60,669 bases of DNA, filler included, from 3 parts of 3 records of this genome joined end to end with filler, not necessarily neighbours in it; one strand, 5' to 3'; positions 19,004-28,527 are shown, counted from the first letter of the whole stretch. Translations and numbers: made by a program. The notes: generated by a model not told the origin, from the sequence alone.

Positions 19004-19687
19004 ATGCTGAATCATTCAATTTACGATTTTCTTCTTGAGCTGCGTGAGAACAACAACCGCGATTGGTTTCACGCTAATAAAAAGAAATATGAACAAGCGA
19101 AAAAAGATTTCCAATTATTCGTAGAACTCTGCATTGAGCAGATTAAGGATATCGATCCTGATGTATCGGGATTACAAGCTAAAGATTGCATGTTTCGAAT
19201 TTTTCGTGACGTTCGCTTTTCAAACGACAAAAGACCTTACAAAACCAATTTCGGGGCTTTCCTGGCTAAAAATGGTCGCAAAAGTAGATTTGGAGGCTAT
19301 TACATTCACATTGAACCAGAACAATGTTTCTTAGGAGGTGGCTGTTACATGCCTGCCGCCAATGTATTAAAAGCCATACGTACTGAGATTTATCATCACT
19401 CTGATGAGTTTCGTGAGCTAATTGAAAATAAAAATTTCAAACAACATTTTCCTGAAATGTATGGCGATAAGCTAAAAACCGCTCCCCGGGGCTTTCCAAA
19501 AGATTTTAAAGATATTGATTTACTCAATTACAAACATTACGCTGTGGGCAAATCGGTTCGTGATGAGCTTGTTCTATCGAATGAGTTCTCCAATGAAATT
19601 GAGAATACATTTAAAGCTCTGTACCCATTAAATCGATTTCTTAATGAAATCGTATTGGATTTAAAGACAATTAAGTTTACTTATTGA
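19004..19687 (+). CDS. DUF2461 family protein
   Basis: NNNRDWF, FRIFRDVRFSNDKRPYKTNF, LKTAPRGF. Confidence 0.92.
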   Translation: MLNHSIYDFLLELRENNNRDWFHANKKKYEQAKKDFQLFVELCIEQIKDIDPDVSGLQAKDCMFRIFRDVRFSNDKRPYKTNFGAFLAKNGRKSRFGGYYIHIEPEQCFLGGGCYMPAANVLKAIRTEIYHHSDEFRELIENKNFKQHFPEMYGDKLKTAPRGFPKDFKDIDLLNYKHYAVGKSVRDELVLSNEFSNEIENTFKALYPLNRFLNEIVLDLKTIKFTY

Positions 19688-19694
19688 TAACATT

Positions 19695-19740
19695 TTATTC
19701 AAAATACCGTTTTACGAATATAAAACGGTATTTTGAATAA
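19695..19740. terminator. Perfect 20-bp inverted repeat / terminator-like hairpin
   Basis: TTATTCAAAATACCGTTTTA-cgaata-TAAAACGGTATTTTGAATAA. Confidence 0.7.
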
Positions 19741-19839
19741 TAACTTCGAGGCTGCATTAACAAAGAATAACATCTTTTAAATAATTTGATTTGTTGATCA
19801 ATGAAATGATTGCTTATTTAGCCGTCGTAAAATTTAAGA

Positions 19840-20439
19840 ATGCATAAAAGTAAGTACATACAAAAAGTAGAAGATTACATTATTGATTTACTGTGCGATT
19901 TGCCTGAGAGTTTGTGTTATCACAATCTTAAGCATACACAAGAAGTTGTTGAAGCAAGTAGAGTTTTGGCAAGTAGCAGTAAGTTATCTGATGTTGAAAC
20001 TGAAATTGTTGTTATTTCTGCCTGGTTTCATGATGCAGGACACACCACCACTTATTTCGGACACGAAGAAGCTGGAGTAGAAATTGCAAAAAAATTCTTA
20101 AATGATATCAATTATCCTACACATAGAATTAAAGAAGTCTTAAACTGCATCTTAGCAACACACTACCCACCTAAGCCAAAAAATGAAATCCAAAAGGTAC
20201 TTTGCGATGCAGACATGTTTCATCTAACATTAGATGATTATGAATCGAGAAGTATGAAGTTAAAAGAAGAAATTGAATCGGTAACCGATAAAGAAATTCC
20301 CTTGCGTTACTGGTGTGATCAAAATATTGAATTTTTAAATGATCATTGTTATTTCACTTCCTATGGCAGGAAATTCCTGAACTTCCTGAAAGAAAAAAAC
20401 TTAAATAAATTTTTTCATAATTATTGCAAAAACCAATAA
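19840..20439 (+). CDS. HD-domain metal-dependent phosphohydrolase
   Basis: YHNLKHT, AWFHDAG, GHEEAG, LCDADM. Confidence 0.88.
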   Translation: MHKSKYIQKVEDYIIDLLCDLPESLCYHNLKHTQEVVEASRVLASSSKLSDVETEIVVISAWFHDAGHTTTYFGHEEAGVEIAKKFLNDINYPTHRIKEVLNCILATHYPPKPKNEIQKVLCDADMFHLTLDDYESRSMKLKEEIESVTDKEIPLRYWCDQNIEFLNDHCYFTSYGRKFLNFLKEKNLNKFFHNYCKNQ

Positions 20440-20617
20440 GTTATCCATTAGAAAATCAAATAGCACACTCACAAACCGCCTATAATACACACTTGTCCAA
20501 CCACAAAGAAATATCACCACCTTCAATATATTAACTCTCATAAACTTATCAATATAGAATCATTCTTAAATTTTGCTTTACTATTTTTATAATACTGTAA
20601 ACCTATATTTAAGAGCT

Positions 20618-22591
20618 ATGAAACACCTTACTATCTTTAAATTTTTAGTTTTATCCTTTGTATTTATTAGTGGCACATCCAATCTATATGCCATAAAAGA
20701 TCCAATTAAATATGGTAAAGTGAGTATGGATGAGTTAAAAATGACTACTTATGAAAAAGATACTACTGCCACTGCCGTGTACTTGTGTGATTATGGAGTA
20801 AGTAAAATTCAATATGAACCAGCTGTAAAAGATTTCAAATATACCTACACTAGAATTTACAGAATAAAAATTTTAAAAGATGAAGGTTTGGATTACGCCA
20901 ATCTGGAATTTGGATTTAATAAAAACAGATATGATGTTAGTATGGTAAAAGGTTGTACTTACAATCTTGAAAATGGAAAACTATCCAAAACCAAAATTAA
21001 TTCAAAAGATAGAATTCTAGAAAAAACATCGGATGACTATTTTACCTATAAACTTGCTTTAGCAAATGTAAAACCCGGATCAGTAATCGAATTTAAATAT
21101 CAATTGTCCTCAGATATTCCATGGAATCTGGATCCATGGTACTTCCAAAAAGACATTCCCGTTCTACACAGCGAATTTAGAGCCAATATTCCCGAATATT
21201 TCGACTATAAAAAAAATGGCAAAGGCTATTTGCCTTTTAAGGTAAACGAACACACCTATTCAACTGGAAATATAGGAAGCAGGACCTACACTGTGGACAA
21301 TTACAGATTTGTTGTCAACGATGCACCTGCTTTTAAAAAGGAGCCATACACCACCACAAGTAAAAACTATAAATCGGCAATCGAATTTGAAATTGCCGGA
21401 ATAAAAGATGGATACGGAGTGTATCATGATAAAACAGGAAACTGGGATCAAATTAATACAAGTTTAATGGAACATTCCTATTTTGGTTCTCAACTAAAAG
21501 GTGGTGGATTTTTGAAAGAGGTCGTTGAAGAAATAAACTCGACTCAAAGCAGTGATGAAGAGAAAATGTTAGCTGCCTTCAATTACATTAAAACAAATAT
21601 GAAATGGAACGAATACTATGGAAAATTTGTTACTACATCACTTAGAGCAGCTTTTAAAGAGAAAAAAGGGAATGTTGCTGATATCAACTTAATGCTTGTT
21701 GTCTTATTGAACAAACTAGGTTTAAATACCGATCCCGTAATTTTAAGTACCAGAAATAATGGCTTGCTTAGCCTTTTCTCGCCTAGCCAGTCGAAATTCA
21801 ATTATGTAATTGCCAGTTGCAAATTGAACGATAAAAGATTTTTTCTTGATGCAACTGAAAAAAATTGTCCTTGTAATTTATTGCCAGAACGTTGTATTAA
21901 CGATAAGGGAAGAGTGATCTCAAGCTCAGGCTCCTATTTTGTGGATATTAAAACGAATAGCATTTCCAAGACTGCTACAATTGCAAAAATGAATCTATCA
22001 GAAGATGGAATCGTATCTGGAAATTTAAGTCTATCCCTTAATGGTTTTGCTGCTTTTGAATACAGAGAAGCCCTACAAGATCAGTCGGAGAATGAATTGC
22101 TGGAAACAATGGATGAAGCCTACAAAACACTTAATGTAGAGAGTGCTGAGTTCAAAAATTTAAAAGCTCCCGAAAAGAATTTAACTAGTAGTATGGATGT
22201 TGAATTAGTTGAAGAATTAGATATCACGAACAACTTAATTTATTTCAATCCATTTGTAGTTAGCAAAATAGAATCCAATCCGTTTACATTGGAAGAGCGT
22301 AAATATCCGGTTGACTATACTTATCCTACCGATAAAACATTTCTACTTGAGTTGATCATTCCAGAAGGTTACACTTTAGAAAGTAAACCTGCACCTACAA
22401 GAATAAATTTACCAGAAAAATCAGGACAATACTTTTATAATGTTGCTGCAGCAGGAAACAAAATAATGGTTACAAGTCGATTTAAAATTAATAAGAGGCA
22501 ATTCTTATTTGATGAATATGCTAACCTTAAAGAATTTTACAATTTGGTTGTAGCAAAGAATGCAGAAATGATTGTTTTGAAGAAAATGTAA
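20618..22591 (+). CDS. DUF3857 + transglutaminase-like protein (catalytic Cys absent)
   Basis: RIKILKDEG, VKPGSVIE, WYFQKDIP, ERKYPVDY; GNVADIN where the GDCK motif is expected. ATG at 20618 preferred. Confidence 0.85.
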   Translation: MKHLTIFKFLVLSFVFISGTSNLYAIKDPIKYGKVSMDELKMTTYEKDTTATAVYLCDYGVSKIQYEPAVKDFKYTYTRIYRIKILKDEGLDYANLEFGFNKNRYDVSMVKGCTYNLENGKLSKTKINSKDRILEKTSDDYFTYKLALANVKPGSVIEFKYQLSSDIPWNLDPWYFQKDIPVLHSEFRANIPEYFDYKKNGKGYLPFKVNEHTYSTGNIGSRTYTVDNYRFVVNDAPAFKKEPYTTTSKNYKSAIEFEIAGIKDGYGVYHDKTGNWDQINTSLMEHSYFGSQLKGGGFLKEVVEEINSTQSSDEEKMLAAFNYIKTNMKWNEYYGKFVTTSLRAAFKEKKGNVADINLMLVVLLNKLGLNTDPVILSTRNNGLLSLFSPSQSKFNYVIASCKLNDKRFFLDATEKNCPCNLLPERCINDKGRVISSSGSYFVDIKTNSISKTATIAKMNLSEDGIVSGNLSLSLNGFAAFEYREALQDQSENELLETMDEAYKTLNVESAEFKNLKAPEKNLTSSMDVELVEELDITNNLIYFNPFVVSKIESNPFTLEERKYPVDYTYPTDKTFLLELIIPEGYTLESKPAPTRINLPEKSGQYFYNVAAAGNKIMVTSRFKINKRQFLFDEYANLKEFYNLVVAKNAEMIVLKKM

Positions 22592-22665
22592 TTGTCCAAA
22601 ATCAAACTGATCACTTTGATCTACTTTACATACAATCAAGGATATTATTCTATAAATTGAACACC

Positions 22666-24579
22666 ATGAATACTCGTTACATAAATATATTAATCGTTTT
22701 TCTTTTAGTATCAGTAAGTTCGTTTGCAAAAAAAACGCCTAAGTATCCGAGCTCCGAAATTTCGGAGGATTTAAAAGTTAATGCTGACGCAGTGATTAGA
22801 ACTGAATCCAACTCCCTGGAGATCATCTCTATTAATAAAGTTATATTCAGGCATCAATCTGCCATTACCATTCTTAATGAAAATGGGAATAGTTTTGGAG
22901 AAATTGAACTGTACTACGATAAAACAAATCCCATATCGGAATTGCAGGCAGCTATTTACGACTCTTTCGGTTATCTTATCGAAAAGGTGAAAACAAATGA
23001 GGTAAAAGATTATAGCGCTTCAGGATCCTCACTTTTTAGCGATTCCAGAGTGAAGCATTACGAGCCCATTCAAAAAAACTATCCATACACCATAGTTTAC
23101 AGCTATAAAAAAGTATATGACAGTTATATCAATCTGCGAGGCTGGTATCCATATCCAGGTTACAGATGCGCTGTTGAAGAGTCTAAATTTGATGTTAGCG
23201 TAAGCAATGCAGACAATTTCAGATTTAAATCGTATCACTTAGAGGCTGAACCCAAAATTAAGGAAGAAGATAATGGAACTTCTTATCACTGGGAACTCAA
23301 GAATCTTCACGCCTTAAAGAAAGAGCCCTACTCTCCTCCATTTTATGAAACAGTACCCAAATTAGTTTGTGCTCCTAAAGATTTTCAAATGGATAAGATC
23401 AATGGTCACATGTCTTCATGGTCTGAATTTGGAAATTGGAGGTACAAATTAAATAAATCAAGAGATGTGTTGGATCTTGAAAGTCAGGCGAAAATTAAAA
23501 ACCTGGTAAAAGATTGCAAAACAGATGATGAGAAAGTTGAAACTCTTTATAAATACCTGCAAAACAAGACAAGATACATTAGCATTCAGGTGGGAATTGG
23601 TGGCTGGCAAGCTTTTCTGGCTCAAGATGTAGAAGATAAAGCTTATGGCGATTGCAAAGCGCTATCAAACTATATGAAAGCCTTACTCAAAGTTATCGAC
23701 ATTCCGTCTTATTACACTATTGTTAATGCAGGAAGTAATGCAGGGCAGATGGATACATCATTTGTACACAACTTCTCTAATCATGCCATTTTAATGGTCC
23801 CGCTGGAACAAGACAGCATATGGCTGGAATGCACCAGTAAAACTCAACCTTGTGGATTCTTAGGCTCATTTACCGATGATAGAGAAGTGCTGTGTATGAC
23901 TGAGGAGGGTGGGAAATTAATACATACGCCCGTGTACAACATGAAGGACAATGTGCAAGAACGAATTGCACAAGTCACGATTAAGCCTGATGGCAATGCA
24001 TCGGCAAGCGTATCGACAAGCTATCAAGGAATACAGTATGAAAATATAGAATATCTATACGATATTAGTTATGAAGATCAGAAAAAGAAACTCTATAAAA
24101 ATATTGATTTACCCGATTTTAAAATCATTGATATTAGCGTATCCCAAACCAAAACAAGAATACCAAAATCAGAATTGCAATTGGATCTGGATATAAGAAA
24201 TTATGCTTCCAACTCGGGTGATCGATTGTTTATTCCATTGAATCTGCTGAATCGATCCACTTATATTCCTAAGAAAGTAAAGAATAGAAGAACTCCAATC
24301 TACTACAAAAGAGCCTATTGCGACATGGACAGCATTCACTTCACCATTCCATCAGGATTTACTATTGAGAGTCTTCCTGAAAAAAAGACAATTGAATCCG
24401 ACTTTGGAAAATACAGCAGTGAGGTGATTCAATCGGAAGGTAAAATCACTTATATCCGTAAACAAGAATACTATAAGTTTACCGAAGCGGCTGAACGATA
24501 CAACGAGTTTCGAAATTATAAGAAAGCGATTGTTAGAGCGGATAAAGCGAAGTTGGTGTTAAAGAAATCCCAACAGTAA
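22666..24579 (+). CDS. DUF3857 + transglutaminase-like protein
   Basis: RYISIQVGIGGWQ, YGDCKALSNY, NHAIL, WLECTS; signal peptide. Confidence 0.88.
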   Translation: MNTRYINILIVFLLVSVSSFAKKTPKYPSSEISEDLKVNADAVIRTESNSLEIISINKVIFRHQSAITILNENGNSFGEIELYYDKTNPISELQAAIYDSFGYLIEKVKTNEVKDYSASGSSLFSDSRVKHYEPIQKNYPYTIVYSYKKVYDSYINLRGWYPYPGYRCAVEESKFDVSVSNADNFRFKSYHLEAEPKIKEEDNGTSYHWELKNLHALKKEPYSPPFYETVPKLVCAPKDFQMDKINGHMSSWSEFGNWRYKLNKSRDVLDLESQAKIKNLVKDCKTDDEKVETLYKYLQNKTRYISIQVGIGGWQAFLAQDVEDKAYGDCKALSNYMKALLKVIDIPSYYTIVNAGSNAGQMDTSFVHNFSNHAILMVPLEQDSIWLECTSKTQPCGFLGSFTDDREVLCMTEEGGKLIHTPVYNMKDNVQERIAQVTIKPDGNASASVSTSYQGIQYENIEYLYDISYEDQKKKLYKNIDLPDFKIIDISVSQTKTRIPKSELQLDLDIRNYASNSGDRLFIPLNLLNRSTYIPKKVKNRRTPIYYKRAYCDMDSIHFTIPSGFTIESLPEKKTIESDFGKYSSEVIQSEGKITYIRKQEYYKFTEAAERYNEFRNYKKAIVRADKAKLVLKKSQQ

Positions 24580-24611
24580 AAATGTAGAAAAGTAGAAATG
24601 TATAACAGTTA
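24572..24611. repeat. Degenerate 8-bp tandem array (about AAAAGTAG x5) upstream of the four-helix-bundle gene
   Basis: AACAGTAA AAATGTAG AAAAGTAG AAATGTAT AACAGTTA. Confidence 0.65.
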
Positions 24612-24618
24612 GGAAAAA

Positions 24619-24978
24619 ATGGCAAGCATTAACTATTTTGAAGAGTTAATTATTTGGCAAGATGCCAGAATCTTAACAAAGGAAATTTATTCTTCCTTTC
24701 ACTCTTTAAAAGATTTTGGTTTTAAAGATCAAATTCAGCGTGCCTCTGTATCTGTTATGAATAATATAGCTGAAGGATTTGAACGATACTCAAATAAAGA
24801 ATTCGTTCAATTTCTTCGAATAGCTAAATCTTCCTGTGCTGAAGTCCGCAGTATGTTGTATTTGGCCGAAGATTTAAATTACATATCTACGGCAGAATCA
24901 AATGATTACAGAAAAAAGTGTATGTACATTTCAGGTAGTATCCAAAACCTTATCAAGAAGCTACAATCACGAAAGTAA
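24619..24978 (+). CDS. Four-helix-bundle protein (23S rRNA IVP / bAvd-like family)
   Basis: FEELIIWQDAR, DQIQRASVSVMNNIAEGFER, EFVQFLRIAKSSCAEVRS. Confidence 0.92.
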   Translation: MASINYFEELIIWQDARILTKEIYSSFHSLKDFGFKDQIQRASVSVMNNIAEGFERYSNKEFVQFLRIAKSSCAEVRSMLYLAEDLNYISTAESNDYRKKCMYISGSIQNLIKKLQSRK

Positions 24979-25000
24979 TTAGGTAGATTTTGTAGTAATT

Positions 25001-25080
25001 CTACTTTTCCACCTTTCTACTTTTCTACCTTTCTACCTTTCGACTTTTCTACCTTTCTACTTTTTGACCTTCTGACTTTA
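25001..25080. repeat. 8-bp tandem array (CTACYTTT x10) downstream of the four-helix-bundle gene
   Basis: CTACTTTT CCACCTTT CTACTTTT CTACCTTT CTACCTTT CGACTTTT CTACCTTT CTACTTTT TGACCTTC TGACTTTA. Confidence 0.9.
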
Positions 25081-26247
25081 ATACTGAGGCAATAAAAATG
25101 ATACCTTCACACCACCTTCGCTTCTATTTTCGACATCCACTTTGGCTTTGTGAAGATCCATAACCAATTTTACCACCACTAAACCTGGGGTAAATCTTTT
25201 AAAGTTTTTGCTGTCCTCATCTTTTTTGAGTTCATAAAATCGGAAGGTATAGTTCACCTCACCATCAGCGAAATGCGCACCACTATCCTGAACGAAAACT
25301 TTTATTTTATTCCCTTGTAGTTCTGCTCCGATATTAATTTCGGATTTAGATGGGGCATTGGTAATGGCGTTTTCGAGAATTTTTTCCATGCAAATTTCAA
25401 GCAATCGCTCATCCCCTTTCACAATAAAGTTTTTAGGAATATCAACCTTAAGCTTTACCTTACGTTCCGAGATCAATGGTTTTAACTTCTCTGAACTGAG
25501 CTTAACAATTTCGGAAACGGGTATGCCCAAAACCTTCAATTCGTAACGATCGAAACGCAAGGCTGATAACAACAAAGCAATATCCGAAATTCCAATCAAC
25601 TTCTCACAAGCTTGTTTTATGAATCGAACGTATTTCAAATTCGTTTTATTCTTGATCGCATATTCAAGCATATCGGCAAAGCCTACAATCCCATTTAAAG
25701 GTTCGCGCAACTCTGTTGACATTAAGGATAGGAAATCATTTTTCGACTCTTCCAATGTTGACAACTGGCGATTGGCTTCCTCCAAATTCTTGTTTGAATC
25801 CTCCAATTCCATTGTTCTGGCAGCAACTCTCTCTTCCAGCTGCAGATTCATGAATTTTAAGGCTTCATTCTTGTGTTTTAGATCCAAATGCGTATCTACA
25901 CGTGCAATCAACTCCTGAGCATTAAACGGCTTGGTGACGTAATCCTGGGCTCCAATCTCGAAACCTTTGATAATATCCTCGCTATCAACCTTAGCGGTAA
26001 GAAAAATTACTGGAATATCCTTTGTCTTGTCTTTCGATTTAAGATACTCACAGACTTCATAGCCATCCATTTCCGGCATCATAATATCCAAAAGAATCAA
26101 ATCGAAACTATGTGTTACACACAGCATAATTGCATCTTTACCATTTAAGGCATAATGAACTTCATAAGATTTGTTGGAAAGAATAGCTTGTAAAACCTTT
26201 ATGTTATCAGGAATATCATCAACTATTAGAATACGGTTTTTCTTCAT
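25078..26247 (-). CDS. REC-HisKA-HATPase hybrid regulator with degenerate kinase motifs
   Basis: Intact REC (ILIVDD, LLDIMMP, FLTA, KPF); H-box reads MSTELREPL, with Thr in place of His. Confidence 0.88.
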   Translation of the reverse strand: MKKNRILIVDDIPDNIKVLQAILSNKSYEVHYALNGKDAIMLCVTHSFDLILLDIMMPEMDGYEVCEYLKSKDKTKDIPVIFLTAKVDSEDIIKGFEIGAQDYVTKPFNAQELIARVDTHLDLKHKNEALKFMNLQLEERVAARTMELEDSNKNLEEANRQLSTLEESKNDFLSLMSTELREPLNGIVGFADMLEYAIKNKTNLKYVRFIKQACEKLIGISDIALLLSALRFDRYELKVLGIPVSEIVKLSSEKLKPLISERKVKLKVDIPKNFIVKGDERLLEICMEKILENAITNAPSKSEINIGAELQGNKIKVFVQDSGAHFADGEVNYTFRFYELKKDEDSKNFKRFTPGLVVVKLVMDLHKAKVDVENRSEGGVKVSFLLPQY

Positions 26248-26591
26248 CGCCGCTTAATTATTTGTAGTAGATTAGTTTTATTGTGTAAAAGAATTTGGTA
26301 ACGATTAAATTGAATACATACACCAAATTAAAGTCTAAATATAACATATAAATTCAAACTATAAAGAATAAAAAGGAAAAAGCTACTGCTTGTATAGCAA
26401 TATCAGGTAAAATGGAATAAAAACTATAGAAAATATAAGCATAAACAAGAAAAATAGAACTGCTTTGAAAAAATGAACTACAAAGTGCTTTCAAAACTAA
26501 GTTAAATTAATTGTAATGATTAAGCAATCGTTTTCGATGGTAAAACATAGATATATTTACACTTAGAAATTAAATTGGCAAACTTGACAGC

Positions 26592-26621
26592 TTGACAGTA
26601 GAAATTATTTTAATACATTTG
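26592..26621 (+). promoter_or_regulatory. Bacteroidota sigma-A promoter
   Basis: TTG-N19-TACATTTG; a CTTGACAG direct repeat overlaps the -33 element. Confidence 0.7.
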
Positions 26622-26655
26622 TAAGATCATTACACTACTATTACAATTTTTTAAA

Positions 26656-26793
26656 ATGGAAAATTTACCTAAAGAGATAGCTGAAGCTATCAAAAGCGGC
26701 TTAGAAGACAATCAATTGATTCAAATGGCTCAGGATCTGCTAGATCATGGTGACCAGGAAAACGCCGCAAAAGTTTTGGATTTCTGTTTCTAA
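26656..26793 (+). CDS. Small 45-aa acidic helical protein (not in ORF track)
   Basis: MENLPKEIAEAIKSGLEDNQLIQMAQDLLDHGDQENAAKVLDFCF*, with its own promoter and terminator. Confidence 0.7.
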   Translation: MENLPKEIAEAIKSGLEDNQLIQMAQDLLDHGDQENAAKVLDFCF

Positions 26794-26810
26794 GATCCAA
26801 TCCAGTTTAC

Positions 26811-26858
26811 AAAAACAAAAGCCAAAAGAAATTCTTTCTTTTGGCTTTTGTTTTTTTT
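26811..26858 (+). terminator. Intrinsic terminator (bidirectional-type)
   Basis: AAAAACAAAAGCCAAAAGAAA...TTTCTTTTGGCTTTTGTTTTT. Confidence 0.8.
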
Positions 26859-26945
26859 AAACCACTCCACTCACCCCTTACTCCCCTAAAGGGGAAATCT
26901 TCCTACAAAGCATACACTAATCTTACTAATTGAGATTTGGATTTT

Positions 26946-26985
26946 GGAACTTTCTACCTTTGAACTTTTATACTTTCATACTTTT
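26946..26985. repeat. Second degenerate CTACYTTT-type 8-bp array near the contig end
   Basis: GGAACTTT CTACCTTT GAACTTTT ATACTTTC ATACTTTT. Confidence 0.55.
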
Positions 26986-27002
26986 CCATTGATGAAAAGT
27001 AA

Positions 27003-27102
27003 NNNNNNNNNNNNNNNNNNNNNNNNNNNNNNNNNNNNNNNNNNNNTTAATTAATTAANNNNNNNNNNNNNNNNNNNNNNNNNNNNNNNNNNNNNNNNNN
27101 NN
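27003..27102. other. Artificial contig-joining spacer
   Basis: N44-TTAATTAATTAA-N44, giving stops in all six frames. Confidence 0.98.
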
Positions 27103-27104
27103 TT

Positions 27105-27881
27105 TCAATTTATAGTATTATCTATGCATATAAAAACGATATTCCAACTGAACCTAAAGCTTCTTGGAAACAAAGAGCTTTAGCAGTTTATCATGCTTTA
27201 TGGCCTTTAGGTTTCCCTACTATTATTGTTGGTGGTATTTTTGGAGGTATCTTTAGTCCAACTGAAGCTGCCGCTGTTAGTGTTGCTTATGCAATTTTCT
27301 TAGAGGGTATTATTTTCAAAACAATGAAACTGCAAGATCTTTACGCAACTGCAAAATCAACAGGTCTTGTAACTGGTGTAGTATTTATCTTAGTTGGTGC
27401 GGGTGCTGGTTTTGCTTGGGTTTTATCTTTTGCACAGGTACCACAACAAGTATTAAGTGCAATTGGAATAAGTGAAATGGGACCTTATGAGGTGCTATTT
27501 GTAATCTCTATTGCATTCTTTGTTGGTTGTATGTTTGTTGACCCTATTGTTGTAATACTTGTACTAGTTCCAATTTTTGCACCAGTTGTAAACTCTGTTG
27601 GATTAGACCCAGTTTTAGTTGGAACAATTATTACCTTACAAGTTGCTATTGGTTCTGCCACCCCACCATTTGGCTGTGATATCTTTACCGCTATTGCAGT
27701 ATTTAAAAGACCATATTTAGAAGTGATAAAAGGAACACCTCCATTTATTTTTATTTTATTAAGTATCTCTGTAGCTTTGATCTTTATTCCTGAGATTGCA
27801 TTATTCTTAAGAGACCTTGCTTTTAGAGATATAACTTTAATGGAAATGATACAAAATGCATTAGGCATTGCAGGTAAATAA
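27105..27881 (+). CDS. teaC: TRAP transporter large permease (DctM, TeaC-like), 5'-truncated at the contig edge
   Basis: Frame is open from the contig edge: ..GGIFSPTEAAAV.., FVDP, QVAIGSATPPFGCDIF; followed by a TeaD-like USP. Symbol is by resemblance and context. Confidence 0.8.
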   Translation, partial: SIYSIIYAYKNDIPTEPKASWKQRALAVYHALWPLGFPTIIVGGIFGGIFSPTEAAAVSVAYAIFLEGIIFKTMKLQDLYATAKSTGLVTGVVFILVGAGAGFAWVLSFAQVPQQVLSAIGISEMGPYEVLFVISIAFFVGCMFVDPIVVILVLVPIFAPVVNSVGLDPVLVGTIITLQVAIGSATPPFGCDIFTAIAVFKRPYLEVIKGTPPFIFILLSISVALIFIPEIALFLRDLAFRDITLMEMIQNALGIAGK

Positions 27882-27900
27882 ACTATTCTAAGGAGATAAA

Positions 27901-28353
27901 ATGTTTAAAAAAATTTTAGTACCAACTGATGGGTCAGACCAAGCAAACCAAGCTTTAAAGCTTGCTTGTCAAATGGCTTTAGATAATGGGGCACAATTAA
28001 ATATTTTATCAGTTTTTAGACATCACAGTTTTATTGAGGGTTCTTTATCTATGTTTCCAAGAAGAATAAATGACAAAGTATTTAACCTTGATGATATATT
28101 AGGAGAGTATTCAAAAGAGATTGTAGGAGAAGCAAAACAGATTGCATATGATGCAGGATTAGAAAAAGAAGATGTAAAAGGTTTTGTTAGGATTGGACCA
28201 GTTGTAAAAGAGATTTTAGAGTTTATAAAAGAAAATGATAATGACATTATTATAATTGGTAAGCAAGGGAAAGGCGATTTAACTGGTTATTTATTAGGTG
28301 GTGTTTCCCATAAAGTTGCAGGTTTAGCAAAAACACCTGTTTTGGTTGTGTAA
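27901..28353 (+). CDS. teaD: Universal stress protein, TeaD-like
   Basis: ILVPTDGS, VFRHHSFIEGSLSM (resembles Halomonas TeaD), LLGGVSHKV..PVLVV; AAGGAG Shine-Dalgarno. Confidence 0.8.
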   Translation: MFKKILVPTDGSDQANQALKLACQMALDNGAQLNILSVFRHHSFIEGSLSMFPRRINDKVFNLDDILGEYSKEIVGEAKQIAYDAGLEKEDVKGFVRIGPVVKEILEFIKENDNDIIIIGKQGKGDLTGYLLGGVSHKVAGLAKTPVLVV

Positions 28354-28527
28354 TGACAAAAGTAATCAGAGTAAAAAAAATACTTAGTATTTATAGCTTT
28401 AACCGAGTATATTCAAAAGTAGCATACTCGTCCAGTTAATCAAAAAGGGTTTTATCCAAAAGATTTAATCCCGTAAATGTAGTTTTACAAATTGACTTTA
28501 TTAAAAAATCATTTTACTGGAGTAATT

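Noticed and set aside
19840-20439. Pycsar/CBASS-like defence system suggested by the HD domain
   Set aside because: Stand-alone HD domain with no TM effector fusion or adjacent cyclase.
24619-24978. Diversity-generating retroelement suggested by the Avd-like protein
   Set aside because: No reverse transcriptase and no template/variable repeat pair seen in the window.
25001-25080. CRISPR array (also considered for the 52-bp periodic boxes at 5796-6075)
   Set aside because: Units are 8-bp tandems without spacers, or short degenerate boxes; no cas genes.
27003-27102. TTAATTAATTAA palindrome within N-runs (also 35147-35246)
   Set aside because: Identical 100-bp artificial linker with six-frame stops; not biological.
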